From Octopus vulgaris (Eukaryota), in assembly GCA_951406725.2 (NCBI GenBank), contig OX597834.1, positions 5,270,001-5,334,000 on the forward strand: 64,000 nucleotides of DNA, given 5' to 3'. Position 1 is the first letter of the stretch. Each line of letters starts with the position of its first letter. The position numbers were made by a program, and so were the translations under genes. Positions 12,426 to 24,300 of this stretch are shown in pieces. A model generated the notes under the pieces. The model was given only the letters and a program-made list of their open reading frames with translations, was not told the DNA's origin and did no database searches.

Positions 12426-13268
12426 TATGTATGAACACATACTTACGCACCCCACCACATATATAAATAATCTTATAAATATAGACTTTAAAACCAAGTT
12501 TTAATAATTATGTTTCTAGTCAGGCATAATATATGCCTCTAACCACCGGTGTGAATCTGAGGAAAAGGATGCACACACTAAGATGATTAAGTATTTTTAA
12601 TTAATTTGTTCAGACATATTCATTAGCTCAATTTCCTACCACATCTAAACACTCACACTTCCATTTATCCCTACTGGGTATTTATGCAACATTTCTCATA
12701 TTTATTTATATTTCAAACTGTATATTCTGCTTTTTCTCCATTGAACATTTTTCTTTTTATAATTCTTTTACTTTTCAAAAATCAATCTCTTTTGATTGGT
12801 TCATTTGTGTGTTTCTTCATTAATTTTTGTTGTTGTTGTTGTTTTAGCATCTGTCTTTCTTTTCTGCTGAATACCCACCATTCCACACAAAATATAAAAA
12901 GGAAATGTCCAAAAATACTAAAACAAGAGGAATTTGTAAGAAAGAAACAAGATGAAACCCAGTAAATTAGTAAAATGTAAGGAAATTTGAAATCTTATTT
13001 TCTTTTTGTATAAGTTAATTTCAATGTTTCATTTTTATTTTGGATATTTTATTAAATTTTAATGTTATTCAATTTCTGTGTTGCTTCTGGTCGTCATATA
13101 AAGATATCAACAAGATAAGTTTACCTTAATTATTCCTGACTAACATACATTCAGCTAAAATACAGATGATGCTGCCAAAGTAGAGTAATGGTTGGTTCTC
13201 TTGACTCTGTAACGAATTTCCTCACTCGATTCTTGTAGTGGCTAAATATCCACCATTATTATGTCCTC

Positions 13269-13815
13269 CAGAAATAAGACAGCGGATAGTACTAGGCAGA
13301 GAGGCAATGGTCAGCATGAGCAGGGTCTGGAAGAGTAGAGACATCAGACTCACTACCAAATGCAGATTGGTGAATGCAATTGTCTTCCCAATAGCAACAT
13401 ACGGATGCAAGACCTGGACACTAAAGAAAGCTGACTAGAAGAGAATTAATGCATTCGAGCTTTGGTGTTGAAGAAGACTTTTGCGGATTCCATGGACAGC
13501 TAGGCTCACCAATGGAGAAGTTCTTAAGCAGATCAGGTCGAAAATGTCGCGAGAAGCTAGGATCACCAAGCATAGATTGGCATATTTTGGTCATATTATG
13601 CGGAGAAAATCCATGGAGAAGGACATCATGCTTGGAATGGTCATTGGCAAGAGAGGAAGAGGCCGACCAAGAACCCGCTGGCTTGACACCATCAAGAGTG
13701 ATACCGGAATGAACATAGCCAATCTGAAAGAAGCGGCTCAGGATAGAACTGGCTGGAGGACACTGATCCAACGAGTAACCGAGAGTTGACTTCGACTGAG
13801 CGGATAGATAGATGG
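13269..13815 (+). mobile_element. 5'-truncated RTE/BovB-like LINE with TSD
   Basis: EIRQRIVLGREAM...VWKSRDIRLTTKCRLVNAIVFPIATYGCKTWTLKKAD*KRINAFELWC*RRLLRIPWTARLTN...LAYFGHIMR...GKRGRGRPRTRWLD. (GATA)n tail. TSD ATTATGTCCTC at 13258-13268 and 13816-13826. Confidence 0.95.
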
Positions 13816-13992
13816 ATTATGTCCTCTCCTATTAAAAAGCAGAACAGTACATTGCACGATTTAGTCTTTTAGTATTACTCGTAATATGCAGTAATTATGA
13901 CTAACATTATTCAGGATTACTCGACCAGATTTGAGAGATACTAAAGAACAACAACAATGAAATCATGTTTTTGAAATCTTTCACCTTATTAC

Positions 13993-14401
13993 ACATGCAG
14001 GAGTGGCTGTGTGGTAAGTAGCTTGTTTACAAACCACATGGTTCCAGGTTCAGTCCCACTGTGTGGCACCTTGAGCAAGTGTCTTCTACTATAGCCTCGG
14101 ACTGACCAAAGCCTTGTGAGTGGATTTGGTAGACGGAAACTGAAAGAAGCCCGTCGTATATATGTTATATATATATATGCGTGTGGGTGTTTGTGTGTCT
14201 GTGTTTGTCCCCCTAGCATTGCTTGACAACAGATGCTGGTGTGTTTATGTCCTGTTACTTAGTAGTTCGGCAAAAGCGACCAATAGAATAAGTACTGGGC
14301 TTACAAAAGAATAAGTCCCAGGGTTGAGTTGCTCGATTAAAGGCGGTGCTCCAGAATGGCTGCAGTCAAATGACTGAAACAAGTAAAAGAGTAAAGAGAG
14401 T
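13993..14401 (+). mobile_element. SINE family A, full length
   Basis: Family A head, body and tail. Confidence 0.9.
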
Positions 14402-14484
14402 ATGCACATTGGTGTCAGATTTTAAGTGTGTACATCTATATGTACATATATGCATATGTTTGCATCTATACATATATATCTAGA

Positions 14485-14705
14485 TATCACCTTGATCACC
14501 TTGACTGACCAGTCCGTCGGGCGTCCATTTGACACTGCTGGTCACAGCACGCTGTCCAATCCTCTCTGGATCACACCTTTCTCATTCACATGATCCCAAT
14601 TGCCCTCCTGAAATCATAACTCCACCGTCGTGGAGGCCTTCCGAGTGATCGTTTCCGCTCGCGTGGGTACCACTTGACAACTGCACGGGTCCACCGATTA
14701 TCTGT
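14485..14705 (-). mobile_element. RTE-like LINE 3' fragment
   Basis: TDNRWTRAVVKWYPRERKRSLGRPPRRWSYD matches the RTE C-terminal motif (D.RW...V..W.P...KR..GRP..RW.D). Confidence 0.85.
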
Positions 14706-14734
14706 GATATATACACATATATTTACATAAGTGT

Positions 14735-15030
14735 ATGTGTCATCTTTGTCATTTAGTGTCTGTTTTCCATAGTGGCATGGGTAATATGGTTTGAGTGGAA
14801 CTGGTAAGCTGGAGAGCAACATGAGGTTCCAGTCTGATTTGACTTGGTTTCTAAGGCTGGATGTCCTTCCTAACCCCAATCACTCCATAGAGTGTACTGG
14901 GTGTCTTTTACATGTCACTGACATGGGTGCCTTTTATGTGACCCCGGGATGGGTGCCTCTTGTGTGTCACCAGCACACGTGCCTTGTATGCATCTCCGGC
15001 ATGTGTTCATTTTATGTGCCGCTGGCACAG
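14735..15030 (-). mobile_element. SINE-like family D, diverged
   Basis: TTTTCCATAGTGGCATGGG...GGCTGGATGTCCTTCCTAACCCCAATCACTCC. Confidence 0.7.
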
Positions 15031-15179
15031 GACATACAGTTTGTAGATGTGTTTATTTCTCATGTGTATTTCTCTCGGTATGAGGACCTATACTTAGGTA
15101 TCTGTGTGTGCATATATGTACACATGAATATATGTATATGTGGATATTTGTGTGTAAGTATTTACGTGTTGAAGTTTAG

Positions 15180-15230
<51 letters not shown>

Positions 15231-15292
15231 AAAAAATGAAGTTCGAAAATGCTGCTATATTATACAATTTTTAATTTTTATATATACATTAT

Positions 15293-15326
15293 AACATGTT
15301 TCGGTTCCTGAAATGAACCTTATCAA
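15293..15326 (-). ncRNA. Degenerate minimal hammerhead-ribozyme-like motif (U3-A8 core) in a (TA)n-flanked island
   Basis: Minus strand reads TTGATAA GGTTC ATTTCAG GAACC GAAA CATG TT: 5-bp stem II, palindromic ACATGT stem III, GUU triplet. Stem I is poor. Confidence 0.5.
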
Positions 15327-15653
15327 AAAAAGTTATATATAAAAAAAGACAGCTCATGCCGTCAAACACAAGAAATTCATTTACAATACACAACGGAGTC
15401 AGACATCTTAAAATTCATATATAGTTTGAAGTAAGTTCATTCATGCTATATGTTCAAAGTGTTCGATGTAGTGGTCCACGGTGGCGATACGTATTCAATA
15501 TAAAAAACAGATCAAAGTGGTGGAAAGCAGTCAATACAGAAGATTGATGTTCCCAAAAGCGCGAGGAATTCATTTTTACCTTGAGCAATTGTGATGACCC
15601 ATGGTGGGTGTTCGCTGGGTAATTCTGGCGAATTCTGTATATATATATATATA

Positions 15654-16073
15654 TACTCTTTACTCTCTCTTTTACTCTTTTACTTGTTTCAGTCATTTGA
15701 CTGCGGCCATGCTGGAGCACCGCTTTTAGTCGAGCAATTCGACCCCGGGACTTATTCTTTTGTAAGCCCAGTACTTATTCTATCGGTCTCTTTTGCTGAA
15801 CCGCTAAGTGACGGGGACGTAAACACACCAGCATCGGTTGTCAAGTAATGCTAGGGGGACAAACACAGACACACAAACACATACACACTTATATATAAAT
15901 ACATATATACGACAGGCTTCTTTCAGTTTCCGTCTACCAAATCCACTCACAAGGCATTGGTCGACCCGGGGCTATAGTAGAAGACAGTTGCCCAAGATGC
16001 CACGCAGTGGGACTGAACCCGGAACCATGTGGTTGGTTAGCAAGCTACTTACTACACAGCCACTCCTGCGCCT
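15654..16073 (-). mobile_element. SINE family A, full length
   Basis: Reverse complement of family A. Confidence 0.9.
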
Positions 16074-17104
16074 ATATATATATATATATATATATATAAA
16101 TACAAAATGGGACAAGAACGTAAAACATTCAGAAGACGATACAAAAAACACGGACGGGTCATTCGAAGCCTTCAATCTTCAGTCAAGAACCGGATCATCC
16201 TCGCAATTTCGGCTGATTAATCTTGAGATCGCTCCAATCTGGCCAGCCCCAAGGAAAAACTAAACTGTGTGTGTGTGTATGATTATATATATATATGTAG
16301 TGAGATGTATGTATAACTTGTGAGTTTGTGTATGAAATTATTAATAATACAATCCTATCTGTTTTGTTTATCTTCTGTCTACTACACTTCTAGTTATACA
16401 CCACACCAGCTGTCGTGATGAAAACTTTATACAAATAAACAGTAACACAATTCATTGTCTACAAATCTAGTTCTTAAACAGAAGCCTTTTACTCTGAAGA
16501 TGTTCTTAAACCTACCTTTCAACACAAAACTATTAAATCTGATAAGTTTACTTGCTTGGAAACAATAGCAAAAACCAACAGCCTATATCTTACTCTAATT
16601 AGAACTACTTGAAGCCAAAACCGAATAGCTATATCAAGCGAAGCTAAGACTACCTGTCCTTCAAGCGCAATGCTTTGCTATCCTATTCCTTTCTATCACC
16701 AACACCTTGACCATTTATCTCCACCTCCTCCTTTTCTTCTTCTTTTGCTTGTTCTCTTCGCCTCTCCTCTCTAATGTACTATTTTCTTCTTCTTTATATT
16801 ATTTCGCAATTAATCTACAATAAAAATATTTCTGATATATGCCATAAAAGTACACTTGTTTCTCAAACCTATTTAACAACGACATTTTCCCCCTCAGCTG
16901 AGGAATCAAAAAGCAGATATAAGACGCGAAATATCAAAAGTATTTTATAATCTTATGAACGCAACCAAACCAAAACACCAAAGTCTCTGTTAAACATTTT
17001 CTTGTGAAAATATAACATCTATAATGATACTCTACTTAAATACATTGAATGATTCTCTGCCTCGTGTTCCACAATTTCTGTCTGCATAACTTTACATTAA
17101 TATT

Positions 17105-17531
17105 ACCACCACCAACCACCACGACCACGACGACGACCATGACCACGACGACGACGACGACCACCACCACCACGACCACCACGACCACCACGACCACCAC
17201 GACCACCACGACCACCACCACCACGACCACCACGACCACGACCACGACCACGACCACCACCATCACCACCACCACGACGACGACGACGACCACCACCACC
17301 ACCATCACCACGACCACCACGACCACCACCACCACCACGACCACCACGACCACCACCACGACCACCACCACGACCACCACGACCACCACCATCACCACGA
17401 CAACGACGACGACGACGACCACCACCACCACCACCACCACGACCACGACCACCACGACCACGACCACCACGACCACCACCACCACCACCACCACCACCAC
17501 CACCACCATCACCACCACCACCACCATCATC
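17105..17531. repeat. Compound (ACC)n/(ACG)n trinucleotide tract
   Basis: Directly visible. Gives spurious poly-T/V/G ORFs. Confidence 0.95.
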
Positions 17532-17925
17532 TAATATATGTTTTCTATGCTGGCAATGGTTAGATGGTTTGACTAGAGTTGGTAAACCGGAGAGTTGCTC
17601 CAAGCTCCATCCGTCTGTCTCGGCTTGGTTTCTACAGCTGGATACCCTTCATAACGCCAGTCACTTTATCGAGTGTGCTTGGTGTCTGTTATGTGTCACC
17701 AGCATGGGTGCCCTTTTATATGTCAGAGGCATCCGTGCCTATTATGTGACACTGGCACGGGTGCCTTATACATGTCACTGGCATGCTTTTTATGTGTCAC
17801 TAGCACAGGTACCTTCTATATGTCACAGGCACAAGTTCCCTTTTACATGTCACTGGCACTGATCATAACCACAAATTCACTTAACTCGATGTTTTCTCAA
17901 GCAGTGTTGCACCTAAGTACTCATG
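17525..17925 (-). mobile_element. SINE-like family D, diverged, with GTGTCAC/TGGCAC subrepeats
   Basis: TTTTCTATGCTGGCAATGG...TTTCTACAGCTGGATACCCTTCATAACGCCA. Confidence 0.7.
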
Positions 17926-18043
17926 TTCTTGTTTCTCTAACTTGCCGATGCCTCCAGGAGCTTTAGGTCTTTTCTCTCAATAAACACTCTGGGAATCGAA
18001 ATAAAATTTGGGATTTATAGAGGCTCAACGTTTGGAACAAAAA

Positions 18044-18846
18044 CAGGATAATCGTGACATACAAAGAAACCGAACGAAAAGAAGCATGCAGGGTTGTTAC
18101 ACCAGAAGGAGGGTAAAATGGTGAACGCTGGAGAAATATTTGCTTCGGCAAGAGAAAAGATAGAAGAGAGAGATAGGATACTCCATTCCTTAGGACAGCC
18201 CTTTTCTTTTAGGGCTGTCCTAAGGAATGGAGTATCCTATCTCTCTCTTCTATCTTTTCTCTTGCCGAAGCAAATATTTCTCCAGCGTTCACCATTTTAC
18301 CCTCCTTCTGGTGTAACAACCCTGCATGCTTGTTTTCGTTCGGTTTCTTTGTATGTCACGATTATCCTGAAAAAAATATTTACATTTCACCAGCTTGCCT
18401 ACGTAACAACCTATTGAAGACAGGATATTTCATCTGGTATGAGATGAAATGTGCTGAGAAAATATGAGATCATGCTCCTTTTATTTTAGAGAAGAAATAT
18501 ACGGCACAGGAATTGCCGTGATCATCTTCCTTTTCTTTTAGGGCTGTCCTAAGGAATGGAGTATCCTATCTTTCTCTTCTATCTTTTCTCTTGCCGAAGC
18601 AAATATTTCTCCAGCGTTCACCATTTTACCCTCCTTCTGGTGTAACAACCCTGCATGCTTGTTTTCGTTCGGTTTCTTTGTATGTCACAATTATCCTGAA
18701 AAAAATATTTACATTTCACCAGCTTGCCTACGTAACAACCTATTGAAGACAGGATATTTCATCTGGTATGAGATGAAATGTGCTGAAAAAATATGAGATC
18801 ATGCTCCTTTTATTTTAGAGAAGAAATATACGGCACATGAATTGCA
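18044..18846. repeat. Long near-perfect hairpin (18044-18369) overlapped by a tandem duplication of period 329 bp
   Basis: Arms 18044-18202 and 18211-18369 are reverse complements around loop TTTCTTTT. 18200-18517 is repeated at 18529-18846. Confidence 0.9.
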
Positions 18847-19762
18847 GTTCTGTGAATTCCTTAGATAGAACCACCCCTCCTGTGCTAAGTAGATTAATGA
18901 GATTTAAAAATGTCACAACAGTAATCAAATTACTATATCATTCAGTCTGTGCTTAAATCTACAGAGAAGACAACAATAGAAAGAAATCAGGCTGAAGGCT
19001 ATAAAATAATGTTCCATCGAAGAAAAAGCTTGTTAAAGGGAGAATTTGATGAGACAGTAGCAAAAAAAGGGGGAAAATAAATAAATAAAAAAGGGGGAAA
19101 AATAAATAAAATAAATAAAAAGGAGAAAAAAAAGGAAATAAGGAAGGAATTGTGACGAAAGGAGAAAGTATAGGGGTGGGTGTTTTGAAGAAAAAGGAAA
19201 AATGGAGAAAAGGAAAGTGGGAAATAAAGAAGGGAGTATTAGAAGGAATTCTTCATGGTAATGTTGTTCCTGGAGGTGGCTTGCAATCTGAAAGTTGGAA
19301 TTAACAGAATACCTTCATATGTATGAGAACGTACTTACTTTGTGGTAATTTATTTATTTTTTCTAAGTAATTCAGTTAAATATAACTTTAGCAAAGTTAG
19401 AAACAAATTAAGTACCACCGAAGTATTCAAAATTGTTCATCTGTCAGCATTCCCCTTCAGGCAGGAGAGGTCATGTCATGAAATGTTAGAGTTACTCCAA
19501 TAAATTGCTTGGTTAGAGTGTGTGTTCATGTGTATGTGGTGTGTGTGTGCATGCAGGTAAACACACACACACACACACGCACATATACAGAGAGGCATCA
19601 GTAAAATTTTAAAATCGATACACAAAGTGGCAAAAGCAAATGCTGAAAGGCATTCTATACCATATTATATGCCTTTTCTACAACTATATGATGTTCTTCG
19701 TGCTGATCTATAAATGGAATATGCTGCAGCAACGAATATCCTTCGTACTTTTTGGGGGCATA

Positions 19763-20174
19763 TTCTCTTTTACTCTTTTACTTGTTTCAGTCATTTGACT
19801 GCGGCCTTGCTGGAGCACCACCTTTAATCGAGCAACTCGGCCCCGGGACTTATTCTTTTTGTAAGCCCAGTACTTATTTTATCGGTCTATTTTGCCGAAC
19901 CGCTAAGTGACGGGGACATAAACACACCAGCATCGGTTGTCAAGCAATGCTAGTGGCACAAACACAGACACACAAACACACACACATATATACATATATA
20001 TACATATATACGACGGGCTTCTTTCAGTTTCCGTCTACCAAATCCACTCACAAGGCATTGGTCGGCCCGAGGCTATAGTAGAAGACACTTGCCCAAGGTG
20101 CCATGCAGTGGGACTGAACTCGGAACCATGTGGTTAGTAAACAAGCTACTTACCACACAGCCACTTCTGCGCCT
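19763..20174 (-). mobile_element. SINE family A, full length
   Basis: Reverse complement of family A. Confidence 0.9.
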
Positions 20175-20522
20175 ATATACATTTAAACTTATAAGTCTTA
20201 ATTTGAAGGAAACTTAGCTGTTATTTCTTGCAGGCTGAGCAACATAGAGGCTTCTTTGTTTCTTTCGTAATCACTAATAAAAAGTAAACCCCTACTTTGT
20301 GAGAAAGTTAATGATGCAATGTAAAAATTTCACAAATCTTGTCAAATACATTCTAACATGGAATGGGGTCAGAAAATGTATATACATATTTGTAGATGTG
20401 TTTATTCCTCATGTGTATTTCTCTCAGTATGAGGACCTATATTTAGGTATGTTTGTGTGCATACACCGCAGTTATACATTGCAGTGTATGTGTGTTTGTG
20501 TGCTTATGTATATGTGCATGAG

Positions 20523-20677
<155 letters not shown>

Positions 20678-20799
20678 AAATAGAGAGGTAATTAATAAAT
20701 TATTATTTGTTAGTTAAAAATTAACAAATATTCCTTACAGCTGTTTCAATTCCAGACCTTCAGAAAATTAATTAATTAATTAATTCCATATATATATAA

Positions 20800-21176
20800 T
20801 GGCATTGTAAGCTACACCAATGCTAGAACGGGACGACACTGCATAGTGCCAAAGATCCCAGCAATGCCATCACGCTTCAGGACCAGCTTCTGCAACAGCC
20901 TGGGTTTCAAGGGCCCACAGCTTTTTAATATTCTCCCAAAGAGTCTGAGGAACTTGCACAAAGTAGATGTAGCGGTTTTTAAATCAAAACTGGACATCTT
21001 CCTGTCAAGAGTCCCAGATGAACCTACCTCACGGCAAGAGGTGCAAATGAGAGTAGCTGTATCAACCTCCATTCTTCACCAAGTGCCACATATTAGACGA
21101 GGTTCGTCGCAATAACAGTGTAGCACAAAACGGCGGTGCATCAGCATGGCCGCAGCTCTGAGCTGAAACTAGAAAA
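20800..21176 (+). mobile_element. CR1/L2-group LINE 3' end
   Basis: GRHCIVPKIP...RTSFCNSLGFKGPQLFNILPKSLRNL...FKSKLDIFLSRVPDEP matches the C-terminal N.LP...FK..LD motif. Short 3' UTR ending in a hairpin. Confidence 0.85.
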
Positions 21177-21369
21177 TATATATATATATATATATACATA
21201 CATACATATATGGAAGTGGGAAAATAACAACATGACTGCCCAAACTCAACATCTTTAGTGAGACACCACTGTATGTATGAATGTACCTGATGCAACCCAG
21301 GCTGCAAAATCAATGCAACACAATATAATGTACAGCATCAAACACATAGAGGACAGGAGGGGTTGAAAC

Positions 21370-24300
21370 AATTGTTAGCCAAACTGTTTACGTCGAGTGG
21401 TAAGCTCCCGTTACCGACATCCAATAAATTTGAGGCAAAGGAACTGTCATAATCTTGGTGGCGAATGGAACGCATGTTTATGGTTAACATTCGCGACTGG
21501 ACAGAGCGCTAAAGATGAGAATTTTTAAGGTGAGCATTTAATTCATCAGCTGGTGTGCTTTTCGGATAATAGGAATGGTTTGACGAAAGTCCCCAGCAAG
21601 AAGAATAACGACGTCTCCGAACGGTTTAGAGTTGGAGCGAAGGTCTTATAGCTTTGTGTCGATTGCATTAAGTGCATTCTTGTGGGACATTGTTGCATCG
21701 TCCCAGACAATCAATTTGCATTTTTGAAAGATAACTCCCTCATCAGAATTCTTGTTTATATTGGTGATAGAATTTTCAAAATGGCTGATGTTAAGGGGAA
21801 GCTTAACTGTTGAATTGATTGTTCTGCCACTGTCTAGCATTGTTGATACTATTCCTGAAGACGCCATTGCAATGGCAATTTGCCCACTTTGGCGAACTTT
21901 GGCGAACTTTGGCAAGAAGGAGGTTGAGGAGAAATGTCTTTCCATTGCCACTTAGCGCATTAAGGAAGAGGATGCCACTGGTGGTGCCTTCAAGCATTGT
22001 CAAAATAGAATTATAGACAACAGCCAGTTCAGGCTTCAAAAGTTTTTCTCTTTCTTCAAAGTAGGGTACAAACCTGGCAGTATGGTAGCATGTCTTCCTT
22101 AGTAAGTGCCGGTTAGAAAGTGCCTCCTTTTCTCTGTAAGGGGAATATGAGGATACAGTTATACACTGCAGGTGTAAACTGTAAAGTCATATCTGTTGAT
22201 GCGTAGCGAGATTGCATAAGGATGTCCAAGCACATGCTGTCGCGATATTTCTCCCAGAAAGACTGTGGATTCGCATGACTGCATTACACCAACATAACGG
22301 CAAAAAATTTACGAAGAGCAATGGGGGGATGCAATATTGATGCTTCTTGAAGGGTGTGGTCATAGTGGTCATCGTTATCAAGAAGACCTAATTTGGAGGT
22401 TGAACAAATATAGCCATTAACGGTACGAAGGTCTTGAAAGGAAGTTGGACCTTTGACAACGTGCAACAGAAGACGCAGGTGAAAGCATTCTGAGTTAAGC
22501 GGATGAACTGTGTACACTCTTGAGAGGGCATCAGATTCAGGCATCAATGCATCCCTTTCCGAAATGCGTCCTCGCTTTCTTTTTATGCAACAGCGAGAAG
22601 ATTTATTCCATGTGCAGAATGTAGGCAATTCCGCATAAAGAAATGTTCTGGTAAAAGAGTTTGAAGCACAAAGTTCAAAGAATCCGGTCAGGGTCGTTCT
22701 TCGAGGTTGGTTTGCACATTCAAGTATGTTTTCTTGATTAAAATACACCTGTTGTCCATTCTCCAAATGAGCACTGAGGTGAATAACTGCAGGTTCACAT
22801 TCATGAATCGGCAAACCGAATATGTGCCAAAATGCCTCCAGTGCCAAAATAGCGTCCAGTTTGGAAAAATGTGACCTCATCTGTGGTGGCATCAGTGTCG
22901 CCGGCCTTAATTAACACAATATCTGCTCGATCGGCTCCCTTATGTACATACTTGCAGATGTATTGAATTCATTTTACAGAATTGCAGAATTCAACGTTAA
23001 AGTGGGTCGAAAACATTTTACGAAGCACCTTATTATGTGGTACCACCAATCTGTTGTCGACATTCAATTCTTGACCACCAACCGTTTTTATTGTTGCTGT
23101 ATGTGCACCCTCCTGTGTTGCCCTTCGACGGTATAAAGGATAGCCGTCGCAACCAGTCTGGGTATCATGAATTACTTTATCTGGGTAACGCATTGTACAC
23201 CTTCTATTGTTCTAACATGGATTTACTTGTTCACATGGATCATGCTGGTTTTTATGATTTCAATAAGGACTGGGTCTTCTTGGGTTTTTAACAGTTCAGC
23301 ACTGATAACGGAGTCGATATCCGTTGACATGAGTTTGTTTTGAAGCCAGAGGAGGATATGGGCATGATGGAGTCCTCCCTTCTGCCATTCTACGGTGTAC
23401 ATGAAGCATCTTAGTGGTCCAAAAATATACCCGTGTTTTATAACGTCCATCATTTTCGTTAGCTTCAGATGAAACACTCTCGATGTGATATCATGCCTAT
23501 CTGGGGGATTTTGGCCATGAAGTAAGTGAGACTGGATGTCAACCCATTTTGGATTACAATTGAAGGTGATGAAAAAATCTGGACGGCCACAGTGGCGGAC
23601 ATAAGCGAAAGCATCCTGCATTTTTTCCTGCATGCACCGGGGACCTCTAGTGTATGATGATGGGAGAATGACAGAACCTCCAATATTCGAAGCAACAACC
23701 TGATCATTTCGGTTCACTTCGTCACGAAGTTTGCCATATTCTTCTGTACGCTATTCCTTTTGATGGTGTCTTATCCATTGGAGGTGTTCGGTGTCAATCT
23801 CCAAAGGGAAGAAACGCGTGGAGTAAATAGTTAGTGACTTGGCTAAGGAAATTTTCTGAAAGAAATCATTAAATCAGAAATATCTACCTTAGCAAATACG
23901 TCTGCACAGAATTGATGGAGGAGCATCCGTGTTCTATGAAGAATGTTGATGCCGTTGTTGCGAACCATAAGCTGGAATGCATAAAACTCCATTTGTGAAA
24001 TGGTTTTCCACGGTTGCAGATGCATTTACATTTCCGTATTAAACTTTGGCAAGTCAATGTGGTGGCCATCGTCGCCATAGAGGAACAGTGATTGATATTG
24101 GAGGGCATCATACACAGGATCAAGTTCATTTATTTTTTGAAGGCGCGAGTCTTACCATTCGAGAACAATATCACGGTTTGAAGCACACTCACTGAGACCT
24201 GTTATAAGCACCGCAACATCGTTGGATTGGGGTTTGTTAAAGCAACCCTGATGCTACCCTGGCGGAGCGCGGTCACCTCGAATGACAACCTTAAACTGAT

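Noticed and set aside
11970-12504. Long ORFs rich in Y/I/L/S (also 2598-2881, 26852-27286, 31344-31977, 46866-47300)
   Set aside because: They are translations of stop-free (TA)n, (TATC)n and (CA)n microsatellites.
16098-16265. Hammerhead on the minus strand of this TA-flanked island
   Set aside because: CTGAAGA and GAAA are present, but not in an order or spacing that closes the three-way junction.
17036-17603. Poly-Thr, poly-Val and Gly/Arg ORFs (mucin or RGG-like)
   Set aside because: Trinucleotide tract open in several frames, attached to a retroposon tail, with no splice context.
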